Source: Ignavibacteria bacterium
GTDB lineage: Bacteria; Bacteroidota; Ignavibacteria; Tepidaquicellales; Tepidaquicellaceae
Length of the DNA: 64,000 nucleotides
Assembly: GCA_028714695.1 (NCBI GenBank)
Contig: JAQTLX010000010.1
Span: 73,397 to 137,396, forward strand
Direction of reading: 5' to 3'
In this document: piece by piece, positions 1-8,273 of the stretch
Layout: each line of letters begins with the position of its first letter
Numbering within the stretch: the stretch's first letter is position 1
Program-made: the position numbers and the translations under genes
Notes under the pieces: generated by a model
Told to the model about the DNA's origin: nothing
The model's input: the letters and a program-made list of their open reading frames with translations, nothing else
Databases searched by the model: none

Positions 1-78
1 TTTTATTTCAACCACTGCTTTTTCAGTGATGTTGATGTCTTCCGTTACTCCCGGAATGAATTTTGTTTCTTCTGACAT
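1..78 (-). CDS. First 26 codons of a probable HesB/IscA-family Fe-S cluster insertion protein (runs off window edge)
   Basis: ATG at 78-76 reads MSEETKFIPGVTEDINITEKAVVEIK and stays open to position 1. It lies 12 nt downstream of the cysteine desulfurase stop on the same strand. The 'ITxxAxxxIK' start resembles IscA/ErpA N-termini. The fragment is too short to be certain. Confidence 0.35.
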   Translation of the reverse strand, partial: MSEETKFIPGVTEDINITEKAVVEIK

Positions 79-90
79 AAAATGTATATT

Positions 91-1239
91 TTAGTTTCTG
101 AATTTATTTACTGTACTAATAAATTTTTCGGTTACTATGTTAATTTCTTCGTTCGTCGTATTCCTTCCGACGCCGAACCTAACCGAGGATTTAATTTTCT
201 CTGAAGTCAATCCCATTGACTTTAACACATGAGAATCCTGTAAAGTTGCGGAACTGCATGCGCTGCCTGTAGATACTGCGATTTTCTTTAAATTATTTAT
301 AAGCATATTGGCATCCACTCCTTCGAAACAAATATTGGCAGTGTTTGGAAGCCGTTTGGTCCTGTGACCGTTTAAATAAACATGCGGAAGCCGTCTCAGG
401 AATATTTCCGTTAATCTGTCCCTCAATACCGTTTGTTCTTTAAAATCATCAAATATTCTCTTCCCTGCTATTTCCGCCGCCTTGCCGAATCCAACTATAC
501 CCGGTACATTCAGCGTTCCGCTTCTCAATCCGTTTTCATGTCCGCCGCCGTGAATCTGACAGGATATTTTTATTCCCTGATTTCTTCTATTTATATATAA
601 TGCGCCTATTCCTTTCGGTCCGTATATTTTGTGCGCCGAAAAACTCATCAGGTCGATTTTATATGCATTAACATCCATGGGAATCTTTCCGTAAGCCTGA
701 GTCGCATCGGTGTGGAACAAAACATTTTTCTTTTCGCAGATACCGGATATTTCGGGAATGGGCTGTATAGTTCCTACTTCATTGTTCGCTGTCATTACAC
801 TGACAAGAATTGTGTTATTGTCGATAAGCGATTCAAAATCATTCGGATTAACTATTCCGTATCTGTCGGGTTTGGCATATTTTATTTCAACCCCTGCATT
901 CGAAAGCGACCTGCATGTATCAAGAACTGCAGGATGTTCGATTTCGGTTGTAACAATATTTGCGCCTTCTTTAAAATTTGATTCAACGATGCCTTTTATT
1001 GCGAGATTCACCGATTCGGTTGCCCCGCTTGTCCATATAATATCTTCGCTTTCGGCATGAATCAGTTCCGCGACTTTTTTCCGCGAATATCCGACTGCTG
1101 CCGAGGCTTCATTTCCATAATGATGCTTCGATGCGGCATTTCCGAATTTTTCCGTAAAATAAGGCAGCATAGCAGCGACAACTTCATCGTCAACAGGTGT
1201 CGTGGAATTGTAATCCATAAATATTATTTTCTCAGACAA
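91..1239 (-). CDS. iscS: Cysteine desulfurase, class V aminotransferase (NifS/IscS type)
   Basis: 382 aa. PLP-lysine context SFSAHKIYGPKGIGALY and catalytic-Cys loop STGSACSS. N-terminus MDYNSTTPVD is typical of NifS/IscS. It overlaps the upstream Rrf2 gene by 8 nt. Confidence 0.93.
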   Translation of the reverse strand: MSEKIIFMDYNSTTPVDDEVVAAMLPYFTEKFGNAASKHHYGNEASAAVGYSRKKVAELIHAESEDIIWTSGATESVNLAIKGIVESNFKEGANIVTTEIEHPAVLDTCRSLSNAGVEIKYAKPDRYGIVNPNDFESLIDNNTILVSVMTANNEVGTIQPIPEISGICEKKNVLFHTDATQAYGKIPMDVNAYKIDLMSFSAHKIYGPKGIGALYINRRNQGIKISCQIHGGGHENGLRSGTLNVPGIVGFGKAAEIAGKRIFDDFKEQTVLRDRLTEIFLRRLPHVYLNGHRTKRLPNTANICFEGVDANMLINNLKKIAVSTGSACSSATLQDSHVLKSMGLTSEKIKSSVRFGVGRNTTNEEINIVTEKFISTVNKFRN

Positions 1240-1630
1240 AATCAGATACCATTTTTGTTTTCAGAATATTCTCGAATTCATTTTGTATCTTGCTTAAAGG
1301 GTCCTTTATTGAACAATTATCGTTCATAAGACAACCGTTATCCTCGTCATGCATACATTCAACAATCGATGTGCCGTTTTCAATTATGTTTACAAGTTCG
1401 GATAATGGTATTTCATTCAATTTCCTGATAAGTTTATATCCTCCGTTGATACCCTGACTCGAACCAAGTATATTTTCTTTCTTTAATTTCTGCAGAATCT
1501 TGGCAAGCAAATCATGCGGAATTCCGAGTTTCTCAGATATATCGCGAACTCTGACAATTTCATCCTTGGAATTGGAAATATATCTTAGCGAAATTAAAGC
1601 ATATTCGAGTTTTTTTGAAAACTTAACCAT
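1232..1630 (-). CDS. Rrf2-family transcriptional regulator (IscR-like)
   Basis: 132 aa. N-terminal KLEYALISLRYIS winged-helix signature of the Rrf2 family, with Cys residues (CMHDEDNGCLMNDNC) that could bind a cluster. It is the first gene of the Fe-S operon. Confidence 0.88.
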   Translation of the reverse strand: MVKFSKKLEYALISLRYISNSKDEIVRVRDISEKLGIPHDLLAKILQKLKKENILGSSQGINGGYKLIRKLNEIPLSELVNIIENGTSIVECMHDEDNGCLMNDNCSIKDPLSKIQNEFENILKTKMVSDFV

Positions 1631-1656
1631 CTAAAAATATTTAACTTACTAAATCG

Positions 1657-1669
1657 GACTAATATAGTC
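1657..1669. promoter_or_regulatory. Candidate Rrf2 operator: palindrome GACTA-ATA-TAGTC
   Basis: Perfect 5-bp half-sites with a 3-bp spacer, 27-39 nt upstream of the Rrf2 start codon at 1630. This is the only clear dyad in the 169-bp divergent intergenic region. Confidence 0.25.
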
Positions 1670-1799
1670 GTATTTAAAACAATTTAAAATTATAATTTAG
1701 TTCCATCATAGAGTATTATTATTTATTCAGTTAAAGATGATATATTTTACTCTGTTTAATTAGTAAGTAATTTATTAATATTAATATATACTGCATATT

Positions 1800-3824
1800 A
1801 TGGGGAACAATAAGAGTAATTTAAAAGGGGATTTTTCTGTAACAGAGTTACTGGGTCAGGAAAATATTTTACTTAAATCAAAAATCGGGGAACTTACATC
1901 AGCGCTCGCATCGCTAAAAACTGAGGAAGAAAAATTTCGTTCTTTTTACGAGACAATGACGGAGGGAGTGGCAATACACAAACTTCTTTTTGATAAAAAT
2001 AACCGGCCGGTTGATTACATTATTACCGATTGCAACCCTTCCTTTACACGCATAACGGGAATATCCAAAGAAAAAGCATTAAACAATTACGGAACAAAAT
2101 TATACGGTACATCAACTGCGCCTTATATTGATATATATTCCAAAACTGTCCAATCCGGAATTCCTGAATTTTTCGATGTGTTTTTCGAGCCTATGCAAAA
2201 ACATTTCAGTATATCCGTTATTTCTCTCAAAGATAATAATTTTGCAACTATTTTTTTGGATGTTTCGAACAGAATAAAATCCGATAACGAAATCAGAAAA
2301 AGAGAAATTGAATACAGAGACCTGGCAAACAATCTACCTTACATTATAAGCAGATACGACAAAGATTTCAAACACCTTTACATAAATTCAAAAATCGAGA
2401 CGGCTACAGGCATTCCTTATGAATCTTTTATCGGGAAAAGCATTACCAGTATTGAATTGCCGGAAGATTACAAGACAATATGGATAGAAAAACTCCAGGT
2501 TGTTTTTCATAAAAAGCAGCCTGTAATTTTTGAATTCGATTACGATACTCCTAACGGAAAACAAAAATACGAATCGCAAATCATCCCTGAATACAATTCA
2601 CAAAAGGAAGTTGAAACAGTTCTTTGCATCACACGAGATGTTACGCAGAGAAAAATCTACGAACAGGAACTCATAAAGGCAAAAGAACATGCGGAGGAAA
2701 TGAATCGAATAAAAACGAATTTTCTTGCAAATATAAGCCATGAACTGCGAACTCCGATGGTAGGAATTCTGGGGTTCTCGGAAATTATTGCGCAGGATAC
2801 ATTCGAAGAACAGACAAAAAAAATGGCAAAAATGCTGTACAAGGCGGGAAAAAGATTGACCCATACTTTGAATCAATTGCTGGACCTATCCAGAATTGAG
2901 GCTAACAGTCAGGTGGTAAGGCCCTTGAAACTGAATGTACCTTCATGTATCAGAACCGTTATTGAGAATAACGAACAACTTGCCGCCGGGAAAAAATTAA
3001 ATCTGGATTTTATTTGCAGCGACGAGAATATATCGGCATACCTCGATTCATATATGCTGAATGTCATATTGGACAATCTTATTAGTAACGCTATTAAATA
3101 TACAAATAAAGGCTGCGTAACAGTTTCTGTTTTTGAAGAAAAAATTGACAACACGAATTACTGTTCCATTAAGGTTGCCGATACCGGAATAGGAATATCC
3201 GAAGAAAACATGAATATAATCTTTGATGAATTCAGACAGGCAAGCGAGGGATACGGAAGAGTATTTGAAGGTACAGGTCTCGGTTTGACTATTACCAAAA
3301 AATTCACGGAAATGCTTTCTGGGAAATTATATATTGACAGTAAATTGGATGAGGGCACAACTGTTAAAATAACCTTTCCCGCTAATTTAAATATTCAAAC
3401 GGAAAATAATAAATCAGACGGAAACGGGATTATTAAAGTTTCGGATAAAATGGAGAATATACTTTTAATAGACGATGATGATTTTACAAGAGATTTTGTA
3501 AAGGCGCTTCTGAACGGCATATATATTGTTGATTTTGCAAAGAACGGAGCGGATGCTCTCGAAAAAATCGGACAGAAAAAATACGAACTCATTTTGCTTG
3601 ACATAAATCTGGGAATGGGTATTGACGGTCTTGAATTGCTTTCTCTTATAAGGCAAAAGAACGAATACAATAACGTACCGGTAATCGCCGTAACGGCTTC
3701 AACATTAGAGGGAGACAGAAACGTATTTCTTTCAAAAGGATGCAATGATTATCTCGGCAAACCTTTCGAGAAAAGACACCTTACAAGCATGATTGAAAAA
3801 CATCTGAAAGAAAAGTCTTCTTAA
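1800..3824 (+). CDS. Hybrid sensor histidine kinase/response regulator with PAS domains
   Basis: 674 aa. H-box NISHELRTPM, N-box NLISNAIKYT, G-boxes DTGIGI and GTGLGL. C-terminal receiver domain (ILLIDDDDF...LLDINLGMGIDG...GKPF). No AAA+/sigma-54 activator module. Confidence 0.92.
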   Translation: MGNNKSNLKGDFSVTELLGQENILLKSKIGELTSALASLKTEEEKFRSFYETMTEGVAIHKLLFDKNNRPVDYIITDCNPSFTRITGISKEKALNNYGTKLYGTSTAPYIDIYSKTVQSGIPEFFDVFFEPMQKHFSISVISLKDNNFATIFLDVSNRIKSDNEIRKREIEYRDLANNLPYIISRYDKDFKHLYINSKIETATGIPYESFIGKSITSIELPEDYKTIWIEKLQVVFHKKQPVIFEFDYDTPNGKQKYESQIIPEYNSQKEVETVLCITRDVTQRKIYEQELIKAKEHAEEMNRIKTNFLANISHELRTPMVGILGFSEIIAQDTFEEQTKKMAKMLYKAGKRLTHTLNQLLDLSRIEANSQVVRPLKLNVPSCIRTVIENNEQLAAGKKLNLDFICSDENISAYLDSYMLNVILDNLISNAIKYTNKGCVTVSVFEEKIDNTNYCSIKVADTGIGISEENMNIIFDEFRQASEGYGRVFEGTGLGLTITKKFTEMLSGKLYIDSKLDEGTTVKITFPANLNIQTENNKSDGNGIIKVSDKMENILLIDDDDFTRDFVKALLNGIYIVDFAKNGADALEKIGQKKYELILLDINLGMGIDGLELLSLIRQKNEYNNVPVIAVTASTLEGDRNVFLSKGCNDYLGKPFEKRHLTSMIEKHLKEKSS

Positions 3825-3834
3825 ATCCGGACAT

Positions 3835-4302
3835 CTAAATTAAGTCGCAGAATTTCGCGCCAGTCAACGAAGCCAAATCAACAGGCGATATTCTCACCTG
3901 CATTCCGCGTATTCCCGCACTGACATAAATCATTTCGAATATCTGCGCTGATTCTTCAATAAATGCAGGATATTTTTTTATCATCCCAATCGGCGAACAT
4001 CCGCCTCTTATGTATCCCGTAAGCGTTAAAAGATCCTTCACTTTAATCATTTCGATTTTTTTGTTTCCGCTTACCGAAGCGGCTTTTTTTAAATTTAATT
4101 CCGCATTTCCCGGGATTACAAATACTCCCGTACCGGTTTTGTCCCCGGTTAAAACGAGAGTCTTAAAGACTTCTTCATGTGGCGCGTTTATCTTATTCGC
4201 AACGCTTATCGCATCAATTTCATCTTCGTTGAATTCGTATTCGAACAGTTCATGTTTTATATTATTAAGTTCAAGAATCCTTACTGCATTCGTCTTTTTC
4301 AT
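3835..4302 (-). CDS. ybaK: Cys-tRNA(Pro)/Cys-tRNA(Cys) deacylase YbaK
   Basis: 155 aa. The N-terminus MKKTNAVRILELNNIKHELFEYE and the GGCSPIG motif are typical of the YbaK editing-domain family. Confidence 0.85.
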   Translation of the reverse strand: MKKTNAVRILELNNIKHELFEYEFNEDEIDAISVANKINAPHEEVFKTLVLTGDKTGTGVFVIPGNAELNLKKAASVSGNKKIEMIKVKDLLTLTGYIRGGCSPIGMIKKYPAFIEESAQIFEMIYVSAGIRGMQVRISPVDLASLTGAKFCDLI

Positions 4303-4314
4303 ATTAATACCCGT

Positions 4315-5001
4315 TTAAGAAATTAATTTTGCTATAACAAATGCAGCGCCCGCTGCCAGACCTCCGGTTACAACAGTTTGTATTGCTTTCCGGAACGGAG
4401 TTGTACTTATGAATCTGCCCTTAATATATCCGAAGATGCCGAGGGCAATTAGCGTGGATATGCATGAAGTAATTAATGCCGTAGTGGAACTTTGTATGAA
4501 AATATAAGGTGATAACGGAACGATACCGCCGGCAATGTAAGAGATCGCTATTGTCATTGCGCTGTTTCGGGCTCTTTCTTTTTCGGGTTTCTCCAGCCCG
4601 AGTTCAAACTTCATCATGAAATCGACCCACATCTGAGGATTCTTTCTAAGTTCTTCCACCAGCGGCTTCGATGATTCCTCGCTTACACCATAAACTTTCA
4701 TAATATCGGTAATTTCCTTTTTCTCCGCTTCGGGAATGTCTATGACTTCCTGCTCTTCACGTTTCTTTTCGCTTTCGTAATGTTCCGCATCGCTCTTTGC
4801 CGCGAGATATCCTCCAAGACCCATTGCTATTGAACCGGCAGAAATTTCCGCAAGTCCTGCAATTACTATAATGGAATTATTGTCTACAGCACCGGATAAT
4901 CCCGCTGCCAATGCAAATGGGACAGTCAGACCATCCGACATTCCAATAACAATATCCCTTATTAATTCACTCGACCTGAAATGCTTTTCTTTGTGTTCCA
5001 T
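4315..5001 (-). CDS. VIT1/CCC1-family iron/manganese transporter
   Basis: IRDIVIGMSDGLTVPFALAAGLSGA motif, a cytosolic acidic helix region and C-terminal TM helices. The ORF track starts at TTG 5010; I prefer ATG 5001 (MEHKEKH...). Confidence 0.85.
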   Translation of the reverse strand: MEHKEKHFRSSELIRDIVIGMSDGLTVPFALAAGLSGAVDNNSIIVIAGLAEISAGSIAMGLGGYLAAKSDAEHYESEKKREEQEVIDIPEAEKKEITDIMKVYGVSEESSKPLVEELRKNPQMWVDFMMKFELGLEKPEKERARNSAMTIAISYIAGGIVPLSPYIFIQSSTTALITSCISTLIALGIFGYIKGRFISTTPFRKAIQTVVTGGLAAGAAFVIAKLIS

Positions 5002-5082
5002 ATAAAACAAATTTTATTTGCATGAACAAATATAATTCATATTATATAAAAATGATAAGAATTCTCGCTTTAAAAAATGTAT

Positions 5083-5121
5083 AAAAAAATGAAGGAATAA
5101 AAGTTGTGCTTTTATTTCTTC
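5083..5121 (-). terminator. Rho-independent terminator downstream of small protein gene 5159-5530
   Basis: 13-bp stem gaaggaataaaag/cttttatttcttc (one G-U pair) with loop ttgtg. On the minus strand it is followed by a T7 run (plus-strand A-run 5083-5089). Confidence 0.55.
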
Positions 5122-5158
5122 ATTCCCGCGTCTTTAAAAACTATTTTTACGGCCCTTC

Positions 5159-5530
5159 TTATCTCCCTTTTATTCCTGCTATTGCGAATATTCCCGTAAG
5201 TAATGAGACGGCGCCCCAGAGAAAAATATTTGAAGTACAGGAACCTGACTTATCGTTCGAACAACTATTGTCGTCGTCATACGAGCAAATCTGAATATTA
5301 TTTGTCTTTATTGTCTTAGTCGATTTTATATCGGTTTTAAATTGTTCATATCCCGATTGCATCTTAATGCAGGTGTCAGGAAATACAAAATCAGGAATTT
5401 CACCTGCACCCTGAATCAATATCTTTTCACAACTTTCTTCTTTAGCGGACTTTGAATTCTTTCCTGCATCCTGAGCATTTAAACTCACACAAAATGCAAA
5501 GACTAATAAAAATGTGACTATTAATTTCAT
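5159..5530 (-). CDS. Small secreted Cys-rich protein with conserved C-terminal LWGAVS-TM-basic tail (P1)
   Basis: 123 aa. Signal peptide MKLIVTFLLVFAFCVSLNAQ and six Cys. The C-terminus SCTSNIFLWGAVSLLTGIFAIAGIKGR is shared with the 6375-6746 product. GGGAG lies 8 nt before the ATG, and a sigma-54-like promoter lies upstream. Confidence 0.7.
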   Translation of the reverse strand: MKLIVTFLLVFAFCVSLNAQDAGKNSKSAKEESCEKILIQGAGEIPDFVFPDTCIKMQSGYEQFKTDIKSTKTIKTNNIQICSYDDDNSCSNDKSGSCTSNIFLWGAVSLLTGIFAIAGIKGR

Positions 5531-5568
5531 TGTAACTCCCTTTTTAAAATTTGTATCATCGATAAATG

Positions 5569-5584
5569 TTCAAGATATATGCCA
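5569..5584 (-). promoter_or_regulatory. Sigma-54 (-24/-12) type promoter, TGGCAT-ATATC-TTGAA
   Basis: The minus strand reads TTCTGGCATATATCTTGAAC. GG, the 5-nt spacer and TTG fit TGGCAC-N5-TTGCA; the -12 C is replaced by A. There are 38 nt between the element and ATG 5530. Confidence 0.5.
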
Positions 5585-5731
5585 GAACATTAAACTTATA
5601 ATCCTGCAAATTTAATTTAAAAACGAATACTGTCACAAATGTAGGTTCACAAAAATCTCAAATAAAGATAGGAATTCTCAATATGAGAATTATTTATAGG
5701 CAAAAATAAGAAATAATATAAATTTTCACAT

Positions 5732-5760
5732 AAAAAAAAGAGGCATAGATTATGCCCCTT
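5732..5760 (-). terminator. Rho-independent terminator downstream of 5845-6174
   Basis: Hairpin agaggcat/atgcccct (one mismatch). On the minus strand it is followed by T8 (plus-strand A-run 5732-5739). Confidence 0.45.
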
Positions 5761-5844
5761 TGATATAAAAACTATTATATATTTATTTCCCGCCGTTCGT
5801 GTATAGAAATTTCTTTAAGAATTCATCGTATTCTATCCGGGGTT

Positions 5845-6174
5845 TTACTGAGAAACTATTCCGTTAGATATGGAATATGTAACTTCGTAAGAATACTTTA
5901 AAACATTTTTTCCGTCTTTTCCTGCAGGTTTATCATCTCTGAACGCTTTTCCGCCTGATTTTAAGTCAACTTTATTGATTTTTTCAATAATCGATTTATC
6001 GGCACCCTGTTCAAGAACATTACCGTCAACTATTGTGTATGTAAATTCATATGAATATCCGTTGCCCTGTCCAACCGTTGCCCCTGACGCTTTATCGTCA
6101 TTTCCTGCTGCGCCCTGTGCATTCAAATTGATGCAAACAAAGAATAAAATTGCAATAGTGATTAAGTACTTCAT
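5845..6174 (-). CDS. Small secreted protein with internal YSYE(F/V)TY(T/S)I repeat (P2)
   Basis: 109 aa. Signal peptide MKYLITIAILFFVCINLNAQ. Two copies of a about 17-aa segment (GYSYEFTYTIVDGNV / KYSYEVTYSISNGIV). A perfect sigma-54 consensus lies upstream. Confidence 0.7.
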   Translation of the reverse strand: MKYLITIAILFFVCINLNAQGAAGNDDKASGATVGQGNGYSYEFTYTIVDGNVLEQGADKSIIEKINKVDLKSGGKAFRDDKPAGKDGKNVLKYSYEVTYSISNGIVSQ

Positions 6175-6205
6175 AATATATGTTTATTTGTTTATAAAAT
6201 TATTT

Positions 6206-6221
6206 TGCAAGTTATGTGCCA
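6206..6221 (-). promoter_or_regulatory. Sigma-54 (-24/-12) promoter, perfect TGGCAC-ATAAC-TTGCA
   Basis: The minus strand reads CGTGGCACATAACTTGCAAAA, with 31 nt to ATG 6174. Confidence 0.65.
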
Positions 6222-6374
6222 CGTTTATTGGGCTAAGAAACACTAATTTTACTTCCAATTCAAGCATTTCCAAATAAAATTTATATAATAATATTCTCAA
6301 ACTTATACATTTTTCTCAAATTGATAATATTCAAAGATTTGAATTTTAGATAATTCTTCATTTCTTTGAATAAC

Positions 6375-6746
6375 TTACTTTTTCAATGTCAAAATCGAGA
6401 AAATCCCTGCCGCTACGGAAACAGCGCCCCATAATAGTAAATTGGACCCGCAGTTACCATTCGGGCACATATTCGAATTTTTGTTGAAATTATCTTCTAT
6501 CGAGGTATCTTCAGATTTTTTCACTATTCTGTCACGTTTCAAAACCAAATCACCTGTTTTTGTCGTTTCATAATTTATCTGCCTGATTCCGCTGATTTTT
6601 GTATAATTAAAAACATCTTTCGTTATATCGATTGCTTTTTGTGCTTTTAAATCTGAATTGCCGCTGAATTTGACTCCACCTGATATATCCTGCGAATAAA
6701 CAGCGCAAGTAGTAAGCAACATTAGTAGTACAATTATTTTCCCCAT
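6375..6746 (-). CDS. Small secreted protein with conserved C-terminal LWGAVS-TM-basic tail (P3)
   Basis: Start moved to ATG 6746 (MGKIIVLLMLLTTCAVYSQ signal peptide, GGGGAG 8 nt upstream). The TTG 6788 used by the ORF track lies inside the -12 promoter element. The C-terminus CPNGNCGSNLLLWGAVSVAAGIFSILTLKK matches P1. Confidence 0.7.
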   Translation of the reverse strand: MGKIIVLLMLLTTCAVYSQDISGGVKFSGNSDLKAQKAIDITKDVFNYTKISGIRQINYETTKTGDLVLKRDRIVKKSEDTSIEDNFNKNSNMCPNGNCGSNLLLWGAVSVAAGIFSILTLKK

Positions 6747-6783
6747 TTTTGACTCCCCAAATGATTTATGATACGAATTATAA

Positions 6784-6799
6784 GACAATATTTGTGCCA
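6784..6799 (-). promoter_or_regulatory. Sigma-54 (-24/-12) type promoter, TGGCAC-AAATA-TTGTC
   Basis: The minus strand reads TTCTGGCACAAATATTGTC. The -24 element is perfect and the -12 element is TTGT. There are 37 nt to ATG 6746. Confidence 0.55.
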
Positions 6800-7032
6800 G
6801 AATTATTACTTTATCATTCTAAATTTCATTGATTTTTTGTTCGTTTCTGGCATTTTTAAATTTCAATTCTGTTTATTCAATAGTCTCAATACATCTAACG
6901 AAATGTTCATACTATATTTCCTTAGCAGTATAAATAAATAGTACTTGCCCGCTTTTATTAAATAGCAACTATGATTTAAAATCTTTATTTTGTACCATGT
7001 TTGTATAACTTTACGATATGAAAGACTTTTAA

Positions 7033-8115
7033 ATGCAAAACAAATTATATTCGGTAATAAAAGGCACAGGATCATATATCCCTGAAAAAGTTGTCAGGAA
7101 CAGTGATTTTCTCAGCAACGTTTTTTACGATGCAGATGGAAAAATATTGGAGATACCAAACGAGGAATTAATAAAGAAATTCAAAAAAATTACGAATATA
7201 TCGGAAAGACGGTATCTCAACGATAAGTACGTTACTTCCGATATTGCATACTTTGCAGCAAAAAACGCAATTGAATCATCAGGTATAGACCCTGAAACTC
7301 TCGATTATATAATAGTAGGTCATAATTTTGGAGACGTAAGACCTGATAACGTAAGGTCTGATTTCGTTCCTTCCCTCGCCGCACGCGTAAAGCATAAACT
7401 GGGTATTAAGAAAGCGGAAGCGGTTGCATACGATGTAATATTCGGATGCCCCGGCTGGCTGCAGGGTGTGATACAGGCAAATTATTATCTCAAATCCGGC
7501 GACGCGAAACGCGCGCTTGTAATAGGATCTGAGGCTCTTTCGAGAATTTCCGATCCGCATGACAGGGACAGTTTGATATATTCCGACGGCGCGGGAGCAG
7601 TCATCCTTGAATCGGTTGAAAGTGGCGAACCGGTAGGTATTCTCTCTCATTCAACTAGATCAGACACGCTCAACGAAGCATATTATCTATGGATGAATGA
7701 ATCTTACAACCCGGAAAAAAGGAACAAAGACCTTTTCCTCAAAATGAACGGTAGAAAACTTTATGAATATGCTCTCAGCAATGTTCCTTCACTCGTGAAA
7801 GGTTGTATTGAGAAAGCAAAACTGACTCTTGACAATATAAGCAAAGTTCTCATACATCAGGCGAACGAAAAAATGGACGAAGCAATTTTGCAGAGGATAT
7901 TTTCTCTTTACGAAAAGAAAGGTGTTCCCGAAGGAGTTATGCCGATGATAATTGAAAAACTCGGAAACAGTTCCGTTGCAACAATACCGATTCTGCTTGA
8001 CCTTATTTTGAAAGGAAATCTTGAAACTCATACTATTAACCGCGGTGACAATCTCGTTTTTGCTTCCGTAGGGGCAGGTATGAATATAAATGCGGTTACT
8101 TACAAAATGGCATAA
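7033..8115 (+). CDS. 3-oxoacyl-ACP synthase III family protein (FabH-like)
   Basis: 360 aa. Active-site Cys context DVIFGCPGW, then HQAN and GNSSVATIP (His/Asn of the KAS III triad). Confidence 0.88.
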   Translation: MQNKLYSVIKGTGSYIPEKVVRNSDFLSNVFYDADGKILEIPNEELIKKFKKITNISERRYLNDKYVTSDIAYFAAKNAIESSGIDPETLDYIIVGHNFGDVRPDNVRSDFVPSLAARVKHKLGIKKAEAVAYDVIFGCPGWLQGVIQANYYLKSGDAKRALVIGSEALSRISDPHDRDSLIYSDGAGAVILESVESGEPVGILSHSTRSDTLNEAYYLWMNESYNPEKRNKDLFLKMNGRKLYEYALSNVPSLVKGCIEKAKLTLDNISKVLIHQANEKMDEAILQRIFSLYEKKGVPEGVMPMIIEKLGNSSVATIPILLDLILKGNLETHTINRGDNLVFASVGAGMNINAVTYKMA

Positions 8116-8151
8116 TAAGTAAATAATTAAATATCCAAAGGTTATAAAAAC

Positions 8152-8185
8152 AAAAAGGTTTTTACGCGAGTAAAAACCTTTTTTT
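8152..8185. terminator. Bidirectional rho-independent terminator between the FabH-like gene and tRNA-Ser
   Basis: Perfect 13-bp stem aaaaaggttttta/taaaaaccttttt with loop cgcgag. A/T runs flank it on both sides. Confidence 0.7.
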
Positions 8186-8186
8186 G

Positions 8187-8273
8187 CAGAGAGAGAGGGA
8201 TTCGAACCCCCGGTGACGTTGCCGCCACAACGGTTTTCAAGACCGCCGCTTTCGACCGCTCAGCCATCTCTCT
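8187..8273 (-). tRNA. tRNA-Ser (anticodon UGA)
   Basis: Cloverleaf folded by hand. Acceptor AGAGAGA/TCTCTCT, 3-bp D-stem GCT/AGC, anticodon arm GCGGT-CTTGAAA-ACCGT. Long variable arm GTGGC..GTCAC and T-arm GGGGG-TTCGAAT-CCCTC, discriminator G. CCA is not encoded. Confidence 0.9.

Noticed and set aside
631-1329. Plus-strand ORFs (631-981, 710-1060, 1057-1329) opposite the cysteine desulfurase gene. Similar antisense ORFs lie inside the kinase, infB, nusA, the S8 peptidase and others (e.g. 18842-19432, 19445-20050, 24208-24784, 58088-58828).
   Set aside because: They lie entirely opposite CDSs with unmistakable family motifs. They have low-complexity or odd composition (F/S/L/C-rich) and no recognisable motifs. 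They are shadow ORFs, as expected in AT-rich DNA.
6849-6865. Plus-strand CTGGCATTTTTAAATTTC upstream of the FabH-like gene as a sigma-54 promoter.
   Set aside because: It has a -24-like TGGCAT but no TTGC/TTG at the required spacing. It lies about 170 nt from the ATG.
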